Assembly: GCF_006345805.1 (NCBI RefSeq)
Contig: NC_043000.1
Span: 80,910,001 to 80,974,000 of the forward strand
Direction: 5' to 3'
Source: Octopus sinensis
Taxonomy: Eukaryota
DNA: 64,000 nt
A program made the translations under genes and the position numbers. The notes beneath the pieces were generated by a model. That model saw only the letters and a program-made list of their open reading frames with translations, was not told where the DNA came from and made no database searches. Shown here in pieces: positions 49,256-63,282 of the stretch. Position 1 is the stretch's first letter, and each line of letters starts with the position of its first letter.

Positions 49256-51419
49256 TTAAAGTCAGGTCACTTGAGAGTAATTAACTAATGTTATTACAAT
49301 GTAGATAGTATACATGAATCCAAAGGCACAGTCTTCAGTGTTCTGCAAGTAATAATAGATAATACTAATGTAAGACTAAAGTACTGATAAAGGAACAGCC
49401 TGGAAAGAAATTAAGGCATGTTACTGCCAAGAATGTAGGATAAGAAAATCCAAAGACAGAGATCAATGATGTTGCAGTCATACTTGTTCTTTGTTTCAAG
49501 TTTTCTGGGAGTGTTTCCATTATTGTAAATATATATTTTGAACACAATATATGAAAATATACTTTGAAAAATAGAATGGAAAAATATATAAAAAAATATA
49601 ATATTAAATATGTATGTTTAACCTATAATAGTTGAAACACTTCCAAAGATAGTAGAACTGTCTAGAATTCCAAGGTGGGGAGGTCAATATAAGGAATACG
49701 GAATTAGTGCTTTATAATAAAGAACTCAAAATATCAATTCCATCTGGAAATGACCATGTTTGATATGTAGAAAGGGAATTAGTAAGAATTCAATACCATG
49801 TACTCAGTAGCATATTTAGTAAAATTACTATTTCTTCTTTATCACAGGCATGACTCTGTGGTTAAAAAGCTCATTTGGCAACCATATGTTTCAGGTTCAG
49901 CTCCACTGTGCATCACCTTAGACAAGTGTCTTCTACTAAATTCCTGAGCCAACCAGTGAGTGAATTTGGTTGATGAAAACTGTGAATGACGTTTATTGTC
50001 ATCATAGTTTAACCTTTCATCACCTGGTACAAAGCCATCTCACTCAATACCACTCCCACTCTCAACTGAGGGATCTTCATTATGCATGTTACTTGGTGAT
50101 CTCACTGGTGCCATGTAAAAAGCACCCAGTACACTTTGTAAAGTGGTTGGTATTAGGAAGGGTATCCAATTGTAGAAGCCACACCAAAGCAAAGAGAGCC
50201 TAGCGCAGTCCTCTGACTTGCCAGCTCCTGTCAAACCATTCAACCCAAGCCATTATGGAAGACAGGCTCTAAACAATGATGATGATGATGATCTTAGCAG
50301 TTGAGCAAAAGTAACTGATAGAATAAGTTCCAGACTTAAAAATAAATAAGTACTGAGGTTGCTTTGTTTGACTAACTCCTTCAAAGCTGGCCACCAGTAT
50401 GGCTGCAGTCCAAAGACTATAACAAGTAGAAGAAAGAAGATAAGCAGAAAATGAAAGGCAACTTCTATGACAATTATAGGATCTTTGTGACTGATGGTGA
50501 AGTGGATAATGGGAAAGAAAATTTGGCCTCTGACTTATAGGATGCAGTAGTAGGAAGCAACAGCAAGAGATCATCATCAGTAGTCATCATCATCATCATC
50601 ATTTTAACATCCACTTTTCCATACCTGTATAGATTGGACACAATTTGTTGAGGTGGATTTTTTCCACAGTTGGATGCCCTCCCTGTCATCAACCCTCACC
50701 TACTTCTAAGTGAAGGAATATTTCTCGATGACCAGATGTTATCATGAAAGATTGGAAATGAAGAACACTGCTTGCATGCTGGTGACACTTATCTAAGCTG
50801 TAACATCTTTGATCATGGGTTTGCTCAACCTGGTCTGAATGAGAGCTAAACAATAACAACAGCTATCACTATATTACAAAGGGCACATTTGAAAATGTCG
50901 TCCCAGATACACTATGTCAAAAATAAAGACAAAATTGTCATGGCTGGAATCTGTTTGATCATAGGTCTGGTGGATCAGAATTAGCCCAGGGCTAAACAAT
51001 AACAACATCAAACCAGGCAGAAAACCTCTAACAGTTGCTTGCTCTGCTAGAAATAACAACTCAATCTTGTATTGTCTTATGTCAATATATTGGATTATGT
51101 GGTCCTGAATGAACACTAAGAAAAATATGACAAGATGGTCATGAATGAATGGCATTGATCATAGGTCTGTTGACCTGGGGCTAAACAATAATAAGAGTAA
51201 CAAGCTAATGGGTATGAGCAATCAAGGTAACATTTGCTGCATCACTCAACCTGTTAGAAATAGCCAAACCTCACACAATTTGTACCCTAGCATCTTTAGA
51301 AAGCAAAGGACTTGTTAGTTGATGTAGTCTGCATGAAAGGCAGGATGGTCGTGGCTGGGAAAGAAATGTCTTTAACCAGCTGGAACATTTATTGGAAAAG
51401 AACTGAAGTGAAGAACAAA

Positions 51420-51770
51420 AACTATCACTACCAGTGCCACTACCACAACCACCACCATTGTTACCACCACTATCACCACGACACTGCACCATCACCACCA
51501 CCATCACCACTACAACCACATCATTTCCACCACTACCATCACCACCACCACACCATTACCACCATAACCACCAGTAACATTACCACCATCATTCCTACAA
51601 CCACAACAACCCACACTACCACCACTCCATAGTGTCACCACCTCCACCACCACCACTACTGCTTCCACCATCACTATGAACACCATCACTTCTACCACTC
51701 TCTGCTCTACCACCGCCACCACATCTCCACCATCTCCATAACCACCACCACCACCACCATCAAAAGATAT
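51420..51770. repeat. (ACC)n-derived low-complexity tract
   Basis: Degenerate CAC/CAT/ACC triplets that produce poly-H/T/V ORFs. Confidence 0.85.
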
Positions 51771-52947
51771 CAATACACATACTATCCACCATGCTCTGAT
51801 AACTTTATCCTATATACTTCCTCAATATGTTTCACTGACCAGAACTAATTAAATGTTTTATGTCTTTTAATTGTGAATATTTTATTGATAAGAAAAAGAG
51901 GAGGATGGGGGGAGTGGGGAATGGGAGGGGTAGGAGGGGCTGTATGGAAATGTTTGTTGGAACATTAAACCGTAGAAAGTGTGTATGCAGAGGGGAAGTG
52001 GGAGTGGAGGGGAGGTGGCAGGGTGTTAATGAATAGATTTGTCAGTTTTATTATAAGAGATATATTGATATGAAGAAAGATGTTTATATCTGATTAATTG
52101 GTGTGAAGACGTCGTTGGTAAGGGTGGAATGGTGTTGTTGATTAATTAAGGAGTTTAATTGATTCAGTGGAGCAGAATATTGACAGCTGCATGAACAAGT
52201 AGCACTAGCAGTACTGAAATGTAGCTGCAGAATTAGTTGCACTTACTGTACAAGCAGTAACAAAACCAAAATATGTTGCAAGTTACACACCACCAACACC
52301 AGCAACAACAACAACAACAACAATAGGCATAGAAGTACCAGAATCACAAACACCACAAAATAGAGAAGCATTCCCTGTAACAAACAGTTGTACAAGTACT
52401 GCTTATAACACCAGGTGCACCCCAAATGCACTAGCAGCACTAATGCAGTAGAGCTAGTAACATCACCAGTACTATCTGCACCACCACCAGCAGTGCTAGT
52501 TAAACTACCAACAGCTTCACTAGTTGCATCAGTTGCACTGGTACAACTTCACCAGACACTCCAGATGCAGTAGTGGTTCTAGCTGCAGTCAAGCCAGTTA
52601 CAAACTAAAATAAGGTTGCTCTAATCATTCTGGCTCTGTAGCACTTGATCCAATCACACCTGCACTAGTTGCATCAGTGACTCCAGTTGCAATAACAGGG
52701 TTACTTCACTGACTGCTACATCAGTCTCTCCATCTGCAATTACCGGTGCCAGTCAAGCCACCAGTTACAGTCAGTCATTCAAGATACTGCAGAAGTGCTA
52801 AGTTTTAACACCAACAGTAGGTATTATGTTTCCATCCACTTCTGCTCAGTATCATTCCTAGGCCTGTATGTAAATATGTGTGTATCACATATGTGCTGTT
52901 CTGTGTGTCTTCTGTGTGCATGTATTGCTTCTGAGATAATGTATGTG

Positions 52948-52983
<36 letters not shown>

Positions 52984-53556
52984 CCATGCCAGCATGGAAG
53001 GCAAATGTTAAATAATGATGATGATGATGATTATGATGATATATGTTTGTATGTATGTTGTGTGTGTGTGTGGTGAGATGCCATGCATATGTCTTATGTA
53101 TGTACATGTTGCATTTGTGTATGTATCTGTATTTGTTTTGTGTGTTATAACAATTCCATTAAATACTGGCCTCAAGTCCAACAACAAAATCTCACAGTAA
53201 AGTAATTGGCTAAGTAAAACCACACTCACCCAAGATCCTTTAACCCAGAAGCTTAATTTAACTGCATAACCAAGATTTCACATCAGACTGCTTGTCAAGT
53301 TAACCTTTAACACACTGTAGCTGCATCATGTCACCATATGAGTTTTCTCCCTTGTAGTAACAGGGAAGTGGCAAGGGAAACAATTCTAGAGAAAACGCAG
53401 TGTACTAAAGGTTAAATAATACTGACCACATGACCATCACACAAAGTCACATGACACAGAAAACATTTAAAGCAACTAACACTATTACAGTATTTGCAAT
53501 GTAAAAAACACAAGTTAGCCATTCAGAAACACACAAAAACTGTTAACCTCAATTAA

Positions 53557-54114
53557 CCCTTTAGTATTTAAAGTAGCCATACCCAGCCAAAATATTTTAC
53601 ATGTTTTATGTTCAAACTACCCAGATCTGGCTTCTCACTCTTACCCTACAATTTCATTCTAAAAATAAGCCATCACATCATCAAAACCTCAAAGCTATTT
53701 TATAAAGTATGATTAATTCAAAACCATGTGAATAAATAAGCATTACATTTGACAAATGTGAAGGTACATGGCTTAGTGGTTAGAGTATTCAGTTCATAAT
53801 TATAAGGTCATGAGTTCAATTTCTGGCAACATGTTTGTGTCCTTGAGCAAGACATTTTATTTCACATTGCTTTGGTCCACTCAACTGGCAAAAATGAGTA
53901 ATACCTATATTTCAAAGAGCCAGTCTTGTCACTTTCTGTGTCACACTGAATCTCCCTGAGAACTATATTAAGGGTACACATGTCTGTGGAGTGCTCAGCC
54001 ACTTGCATGTTAATTTCACAAGTAGGCTGTTCCATTGATTGGATCAACTTATCATTATAACCGACAGAATGACAGTTGTAGAACATTTGACAGGATAATC
54101 TGAATACTAAAGGG
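53557..54114. mobile_element. piggyBac-type MITE interrupted by a family C SINE
   Basis: Perfect 12-bp TIR CCCTTTAGTATT / AATACTAAAGGG, TTAA on the left and CTAA on the right. The nested SINE is flanked by ACATTTGACA (53745-53754 and 54083-54092). Confidence 0.75.
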
Positions 54115-54869
54115 CTAAACATTTATTTATAATATTGTGTCAAAATTTTTGTCACACAAAACTGAGTAGTAGAGTAGTAACTCTCAATTTTGTTAATACA
54201 GGAAGCTGAAAAGATTGGCTGTAAGTAGACTTTACGTTTCTGAAAACAAGAGTACAGTATCCGTCAGCAGTAGCTTTAGTCATGGACCTAGCTGGTCAGT
54301 AGACAGCTACGTTTAAATATCATTTCTAAGCCTTGTTTTCAACTGGCTGTAGTAATGTTAACAGTAATGAATATAACATGTGTAGTTGTAGTAATAATAT
54401 CAGTAATTATTTTCATGGGGTACACTACATGTGTCTGTAGAGTGCTCAGCCACTTACATGTTAATTTCACAAGTAGATTGTTCCATTGATTGGATCAATT
54501 CATCATTATAACCAACAGAGTGCTAGTCATAGTACATTTGACAGAATACTGAAGGGTTAAACATTTATTTATAATATTGTGTCAAAATTTTCGTCATTCA
54601 AAACTAAAGCACAAATTGTTTGTCTGTGAACAGGTTTTGGTTTCAAGGGACAAAAACTACAACACTATATTACAAATAAACATTTATGTAAAGTCTTTGT
54701 ATGTTTCTGAATGACTAACTTGTGTCTTCCACACTGAAATCTCTTTAGTTTCAGAACGATGATCTCAGATCAAAACATCTGCTATGCAAGTACATCTCCA
54801 TAACGCTATTTCAGTAGCATACAAATGTTATATTGTTTTTTTATTTTGTCATTTGACTACTGATATTGT

Positions 54870-55235
54870 TTATTTTTTACTTGTTTCAGTCATTAGACTG
54901 TGGCCATGCTGGGGCACTGCCTTGAAGGGTTTTTTTTTTAGTCAAACGGCTCAACTCCAGTACTTTCTTTAAGCCGGGTACTTTTTCTAATGATCCCTTT
55001 TGCCAAATCATTAAGTTACAAGGAAGTAAGCACAGCAACGCTGGTTGTCAAGTGGTGGTGAGGGACAAACACACACATACAACGGGCTTCTTTCAGTTTT
55101 CATCTACCAAGTCCATTCACAATGCTTTGGTTAGCCCAAGACTAAAGGAGAAGACACTCAAAGTGCCATGCTGTGAGACTGAACCCAGAATCATGTGGTT
55201 GGGAAGCAAACTTCTTACCACACAGCTATGCCTGC
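54870..55235 (-). mobile_element. SINE family A
   Basis: GACTGAACCCAGAATCATGTGGTTGGGAAGCAAACTTCTTACCACACAGC head and tail motifs. Confidence 0.8.
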
Positions 55236-55747
55236 TTAAGTTTTTTAACTTATGTAGATACCAGTTGCACTTGTTGCAAAAGCAAGCTATACTTCTATCC
55301 CTGTCATATTCACAGCATATATGTGAAACATGCTCCACTATAATAGCAAGAATACTATATTTCTCTTTTCTTTATTGTTCAATTGATAGTTTATTTTCAA
55401 ACACCTGCTGATTGGACATGGCTTTCTTTTTCAAACTCATCTAGAGATGTAGAAGCTAACAATACGTTTAAAAGGCAGCTACATTTGGCATAAGGCCATC
55501 TGCACTTGTATTTCCAGATGATGGGATGTATCTCCTTGATGTCATAAACCATTACTTCAAGCAGTCTTCAAAATCTTAAAAAAGAATGAAAGCTTGATTT
55601 TCACTTAAAACAATAGCCAATTTGCACTTGTGAAATGACCAAGTTTTCTTCAACAAAGATATGGAAATTTTATAAAGAAATAATTCAAGATGGGTTAAAA
55701 TAATTTTATACATAACTTGAATGTATAATAGAGATAGTTCAGCTTTA

Positions 55748-55900
55748 AAATTCTAGTTACTTCCTACCTTATATATTACTTATATTATGCATGTAGGAAA
55801 TTCTAGTTATTTGCTACCTTATATATTACATATATTATATTATGCATGTAGGAAATTCTAGTTATTTCCTACCTTATATATTACATATATTACGCATGTA
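55748..55900. repeat. Three-unit ~50-bp minisatellite
   Basis: AAATTCTAGTTA.TT.CTACCTTATATATTAC.TATATTA.GCATGTA starting at 55748, 55798 and 55853. Confidence 0.9.
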
Positions 55901-57994
55901 TAAGTGTGCTCTAAGTCTTTGAATAAATATATTTGTACCAATTTTATTTACATTCAATGAAACAAACATAAAAAATATTTATTTAACATTTAGAGGCATG
56001 TTTCCTTTTCTTTTTAAATTTTCAAAATTATTTCCAAATTCTGAAGGCAAAAATAAATAAATTATGAGAAAAAAATCTGTATATACAAGAAAAGAAATAT
56101 ATCTTTATTAATAGACAAAGTGCTCTTCATAGCTTTCTCTGCTTTGCAAAAAAACTTTGGATTATTACTATTTTAACTGTTGTAATGTGCATATAGGCAA
56201 TACTTTAGAAATATGCACTCATGTGCAACTGTGTGTGAAACAAACTGACACAAATGACAAGTGGATTCAAATAGCTGCCAAAGCAAAGGTTTTGTGGCAT
56301 GTGGCATGATGAGTGTAGGTATCTTACATAAAATAATAGTCAAATGTATTGTAATAGAGGCAGTAAATCAACCTAGGGTTGTTATATTTTGAGTTTTATA
56401 GCATGCTAACAAGTTATAGAAAACAGAGATAGAAGCTTATTCCATGTAAGTCTGCCAACAGTAAAACCATGTTGCTGTTTACATTAGTAATTGTGAGTAC
56501 TAATTAAAAACACAGTTCATAGAGTCGTCAGTGCTTGCTAATGTCAGAAGTATTGGTCAAAGTAACCACCACTTCAACATTTGGTTGATAACACTTCAAT
56601 TGCTTGCAATAATCACACTTACAATTAACATTCCCATTCAAATATCCCATGAAATAATCTTCACCATTTACCTCTTTTCATATGACTCTCATCATTTTCT
56701 GGGTTTGTATTCATAAGATATTCATCAAACATTCATAACATTTAGCAGTTCTTTTCATCAAGTTCATTTCCTCTAGTACCAATTTCCAATACAGTTTTTT
56801 ACCTTCTTTTAGCAAAAGTTAAATTACTTGGGACCAGTTGTCTTGTACAATTTCTGTATACTATCATGACCACAACTCTTTGGCATATTCTACAATTTTT
56901 CAGCAGATATTGCTCATTTGATAGTATGTGTATTAAGCAGTTATAAGCAATATGGCACTCTTAAATAATTCTTCCTAGATACCCATTTTGTGGTATTTCT
57001 TGAACATGATCATTGTATATTTATTTAATCCTGTATATTATTACTTGATGTTTGTATAAAGGTAATTAGTTATTGTTAAGTGTTTCATGACAAGTCATAT
57101 CTTCATTGCATTTATAATGATTCTGGTAAGTATTTGCTCAAATTCTATTATGAAGCCCTACATAAAGTATCAATCTGAGTATAGTTATCACTATATGAGG
57201 CTCTTTACCTTCTATAATTCTATAACTAAGCTCTTACATTGAACTCCTTGCTATACCAAATAGTATTAATCTCATAGCCACCAGAATGAGTTGAATGACA
57301 CAGCAAATATGTAGAACATAAAACCCTTCAACAAATTGAATGTGATGTGTATGAATGTATGCTTATGCTTGATATATGTGGTGTATGTTGTGTGTGTTTT
57401 GTTTATGGTGGGGTTGTGTGTGTTGAATATATCATATCCGTGTTTGTATGTGTGTGTATGTGTATGAGGTGTGTGTGCAGGTATGATTGCATGTTGTGCA
57501 AAAGCACCAGTGAGAATTTGAGAAATATTTTAACTCACAACGTCCAAGTTCTATGCCTGACTTAATAACAGCAGTGTTGCTACCCTTAGATTAGCAAATG
57601 TTATGTATAAATGTCATTTTCATTGTTCATTCAAGCAAATAGTTATCATTCATAAAGACATGGGATATGAGCTGGTTTGGGCGATATGTCTACCAGTGTT
57701 TATAGATATTTTATTGAATGACACCTTGAAGATATTGGAAATTTAGAAAGAAATTTATTGTAAACTACTGAAAATAGTTTAGAACAAAATGGTTGGTTAT
57801 TGGATTTGAGGGAGAACATTAATGTTATTATCAGTATCACCTCAGCAAGAGTTCATAGAAAAGTTTGATGATGAGTTTAGTTAACATCAGGAGTGAAGAA
57901 TCTCACATTCTGAGCCATTTCTGTTTCATCTAAAGAGTAGGAGTGTGGAGAATTAAAGTGGTAGTGCTACTTGAGTTATGGGCCAGTAATATTG

Positions 57995-58200
57995 GTTTCA
58001 AATTTTGGCACAAGGCCAGCAACTTCAGGGGAGGAAGTAAATTGATTACATCAACCCCAGTACTCAGCTCATGCTTATTTTATCAGCCCCAAAAGAATGA
58101 AAGGTAAAGTCGGCTTCAGTGGAATTTGAACTCGGACTGTAAGGATGGACGAAATGCTGCTGAGTATTTTGCCTGGTGTGCTTACGATTCTGCCTTATGG
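57995..58200 (-). mobile_element. SINE family B
   Basis: GCCCCAAAAGAATGAAAGGTAAAGTCGGCTTC..GGAATTTGAACTC core. Confidence 0.7.
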
Positions 58201-59679
58201 TCAAGTAATATTAGGTATTGAAAACCCTCTATGCAATTGATTAAACTACTAGAATTGTTAGCTTGCAAAACCATGAATATATATTAAGGGGAAGGTAGTT
58301 ACTCAATAATTTACCTTTTTCAAAGAATTGTTTAGAAGACTACATTTCAAAATTAGTGGAAGTATAGATAGGCAGGGCAGTCTTAACAGCATTTTATAAA
58401 CCCCCTCCCAGGCAAATCAATACACTGGACCCTATACTTATTAACAGCAAGCCACAGCATATATAAATTAAAATTGGGCACCAGGACTCATGCTGCCTCT
58501 GGGCAACTACCCAATGAGCCATGCCTTAAGGTAGGCATAAATTATGGTAAATCACTGGTAAAAATTTAAGAAAATTATTGATATAAATGTAATTAACATT
58601 GAAGTAGACAATATGAATTATTAAATAATGAAACAAGCAGATCAAAGTATTGACAACCCTTTTAAAACCAAGTGATGTATGAAGAAAACCACTCTCTGTA
58701 TACATTTTAGAGATTCAAATTCAGAGGAAGATAAATTCAGTTATACAGAAATGAAACTTGGCATGTTTAATAAGGATGATTATGAATGTACATAATATTA
58801 TTATGTATTTTAGATATTCTATATTTCTCAGATTTATTTTTTAACCATGTTTTCCACCTGTATCTCTTTACATATTTTTTTCTATTTCTCTGACTTTATT
58901 TTATCTTACTTTGCTGTATTTCCCCTGTAATTCTGACTTTTTATATAGCAATACATATTTTTTCAAAGAAAATATCATATCTCAATAACATAGTTTTTCA
59001 ATAATAGCTGATGGTTTTAAATTATTTGTACTACCTTACTCTATTGACTAATTCTTATGTTCACCTATACTAATTTCTATCATCACTCACTTCTTACTAC
59101 ATCCCAAATTCAAACACCACATAACATAAGCTTTTAATCACACCAACTTAGATACTGAGAGCATACATTTGTAATTAGATTGCACCTAAATTCTTCTAGA
59201 CCTATATCACTTCCTTTCACATCTCAAATCTAATCTCCACTTAAGAATTGCTTCTCCACATATTCACTCAACCATAGATAAACACACAATTTCCATTCCA
59301 ATCACACTTGCTATCCTAATAGATCTTTATCATTCCCTCCATAAATATATTTATACTAAAACAAACTTGTTGGTTACAACCTGCTACAACTCAGCATCAT
59401 ATACTTGCTTCTCACCCATAAATCAATTTCTTGAAAAAATACTTTCTTACTAACATTATATAGGCATAGATGCAGGCTTGGCTGTGTGGTTAAGAAGTTT
59501 GCTTCACAATCACATGATATTGGGTTTAGTCTCACTGTGCAGCATCTATAGTCTTCTTCTATAGGTATAGGCTAACCAAAGCTTTGTGACAATTCATTAG
59601 ACAGAAACTATGGAAGGTCATTACACTTTTATTTATAGTGTATGTGTGTGTGTGCATGTGTGTATGCATGTTTGTGTGT

Positions 59680-59970
59680 GTATGGGTTGGACGATTTGAC
59701 TGAGGACTGGCAAACCAGATGGTTGCACCAGGCTCCAATCTGATCTGAGTGAGTTCCTGCAGCTTTATGCCCTTCCTAACACCAACCACTCTGAGAGTGT
59801 AGTGGGTGCTTTTATGTGCCACCGGCACGAGGGCCAGTCTGGCAGTACTGGCAACGGCCAGGCTCGAAAATGGTGTTTTTTATGTGTCACCTGCACAGGA
59901 GTCAGTCCAGCGGCACTGGCAACGACCTGACTCAAATGTTTTGTTCACGTTGCACCGGCACAAGTGCCAG
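59680..59970 (-). mobile_element. RTE 3' UTR fragment (single, unamplified form)
   Basis: Same GTGCTTTTATGTGCCACC...ACGGCC modules as in the 29.3-31.5 kb array. Confidence 0.75.
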
Positions 59971-60049
59971 TAAGATATATATATATATATATACACACAT
60001 GCACAGTGAAGTTTGGTGATGCAAACAGGAAAAATAAAACTCAAGACAT

Positions 60050-60410
60050 GATTATATTCTTTTATTGTTTTACTTGTTTCAGCCATTAGACTGCAACCAA
60101 TGCTAGGGCACTGCCTTGAAGAGTTTTAATCAAATAGATTGACTTATTTTTTAAAAGCCTGTTACTTATTCTATCAGTCTCTTTTGACAAACTGCTAATT
60201 TTCAGGGATGTAAACACACCAACACCAGTTGTCAAGCAGTGGTGGGAGACACACAAATACACATGCACACATACATATGTACATATACAATGAGCTTCGT
60301 TCAGCTTCTGTCTACCAAATCCAGAAGACACTTGCCCAGGGTGCCATGCAATGGGACTGAATCTAGAACCATGTGGTTGGGAAGCAAACTTCTAACCACA
60401 CAGTCACATT
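60050..60410 (-). mobile_element. SINE family A
   Basis: GACACTTGCCCAGGGTGCC..GGGACTGAATCT..GGTTGGGAAGCAAAC head. Confidence 0.75.
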
Positions 60411-61344
60411 TGCACTTTCTTAGCAGAAACAATTGAATGATTGAAGGGCTTGAGAGTGCAGGTGTGGCCTTACACCATGGACCTAACACCACAAGACTTT
60501 GCAAGAAACAATGGTACATCTCTTTATGAATTCATACACTGCTTGGTCTTAGCACCTTCTCTCTTTCTTGTAACAGCTTCCAAATTCCATCTCTCTCACC
60601 AATTTCATTCTCCTTTCCTTTGCTTTACTCCTCCTGTTTTCTTTCCACTTATCTTCCATTCACTTACATACATAACTTAACCCCCCCCCCACTACACACA
60701 ATATACATATCTACTGCATACACACACACGCACATAATCATAACCACCTACAGAAATCTCATACACTGACACACATTACCATACACTCACATGCACACAC
60801 ATACACTCATGCACACACATGCGCACACTTGTATACACACTCCTGTACACACGCATACATACTCATACTGACGCACAAACACATGTACATACAGTGACAC
60901 ACACACGCATCACCCAGCCTCTTGACCATACATCCCACTACTACAACATCCTACTGTTACTAATTGTTAGTTCTACCCTCAAAACACACTCACATAAATA
61001 TACACACACACATACACTACCATCTCACATACCATTCCCTAATATACAAGCATGCTACTTGCAACCTGAACATATACACAGACAATTGCATTCACATATA
61101 AACACATATACACACGCGTGAGCATGCAAACACCAACTGTTTCTTCTGCCTTCAAAAGCCACATTCCTTATTTCTTTCCAACTTCAGGTCAGTTATTTTT
61201 TGGCAATGTAACAATACATGTGCTTTTCCCCAAACTGTCTGCTCTTTCCTCCTTTATTTCATCTCTGGACTTTTTCCTCTATTCAGTAAAGATCCAGGCT
61301 TGAAACATCATTTCTCCTCCTATTTTTCCTGCTAAAATTTTCGT

Positions 61345-61742
61345 TAGGCATTTAGTCCTACGAAGAAAGGCTGAGGACGCTCGACCTTTATTCTCTTGAA
61401 AAACGCCGCCGCCGTGGTGATCTCATTCTCGCCCACAACATCATAAGCAGAAAGTGTAACCTCTCGAAAGAGCTGTTCTTCACTCCTGCTCCAGAGCGTC
61501 AGCTGCGGGGTCATTCCGAAAAGCTCTACCTGCGACGATTTCATCTCAATCGAAGGAGAGGAGCTTTCTCCGTCCGGGTTGAGGATCCGTGGAACAAGCT
61601 GCCAGATGAGATGGTGAAGATGCCGACGACCGCTTTGTTCAAAGCCTCCCTTGACCTCAAGTGGCCTGAACTCTTTACATGAACACCATGTCCCCCTACA
61701 TGGCCTTGCTATTTGCTTTTGAGCCAAATTAACTAACTAACT
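61345..61742 (+). mobile_element. Young 5'-truncated CR1-clade LINE 3' end
   Basis: Plus-strand frame 61356-61682: SYEERLRTLDLYSLEKRRRRGDLI...RGHSEKL...RRGAFSVRVEDPWNKLPDEMV....LFKASLD. 3' hairpin CCATGT-CCCCCT-ACATGG (61686-61703) and (TAAC)n tail. Confidence 0.9.
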
Positions 61743-61866
61743 TATCATTACTGGTACTTTAAACTCTTCGGTTGCATATTTGTGTGAATAAAATCGTTTT
61801 TCTTTGGAATAGAAAAAAGTCTATCTTTATTTCTTCTTTTGCTGGTGTCTCAAATTTAGGTTAAAT

Positions 61867-61926
61867 CAGTGTTTCTCAAAAGGGAGGCCTATGGGAAGGC
61901 TGGACAAGTTGCTTTGAGAAAATTTG
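61867..61926. mobile_element. Very short hAT-type MITE
   Basis: CAGTGTTTCTCAAA / TTTGAGAAAATTTG ends, flanked by GGTTAAAT and GTTTAAAT (7 of 8 match). Confidence 0.5.
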
Positions 61927-61984
61927 GTTTAAATGTTTGACAACTCAGCACCGTCTGTTGGATAGTGGGGGAGCGTTTTGCTCG

Positions 61985-62015
<31 letters not shown>

Positions 62016-62145
62016 GACTGAACCCGGAACCATTTCGTTGGGAAGCAAACTTCTTACTACACAGCCACACCTGCATCAGCAGAGCTGCAGTCATATGACT
62101 GAACCAAATAAAAGAATAAAAGAAATATATATATATATATAAGAA

Positions 62146-62590
62146 GAATTAGATGCAGTGTGCAAGAGAGAAGACTGCACTGTTTGGCCATGTGATGCGT
62201 ATGGATGTAGACAGTTGCATTCTGAAGTGCCAATCACTGAATGTCAATGGAAGATGTGGGATGAAGTATTGAATGCTGATCTCTAGACACTGAACCTTAT
62301 GAAGGAAATGACAAAGAACCGAGATATCTGGTGTCTTGTGGTACTCTAGAAGATCCATCCGTCATAGCAGAATTGATTCTGGTACTGGTGCCACTTAAAA
62401 AGTACTTGTGCTAATACCATGTTAAAGGTACTGATGCTGGTGCCATATGAAATGCACCCAGTACACTCTGTGGAGTGGTTGGCATTAGGAAGGGCATCCA
62501 GCTGTAGAAACTATGCCACAACAGACAATGGAGCCTGGTGCAAACCCTGGCTTCACTAGTTCCGGCTGAACCATCCAACCCATGCCAGAA
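62146..62590 (+). mobile_element. Degenerate RTE LINE 3' fragment
   Basis: IRCSVQERRLHC..GHVMRMDVDSCI followed by the 3' UTR motifs. Confidence 0.75.
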
Positions 62591-62599
62591 TGTCATTAC

Positions 62600-63282
<683 letters not shown>

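Noticed and set aside
61344-61727. 127-aa minus-strand ORF in the track
   Set aside because: Antisense shadow. The plus-strand frame carries the CR1 ORF2 C-terminal motifs.
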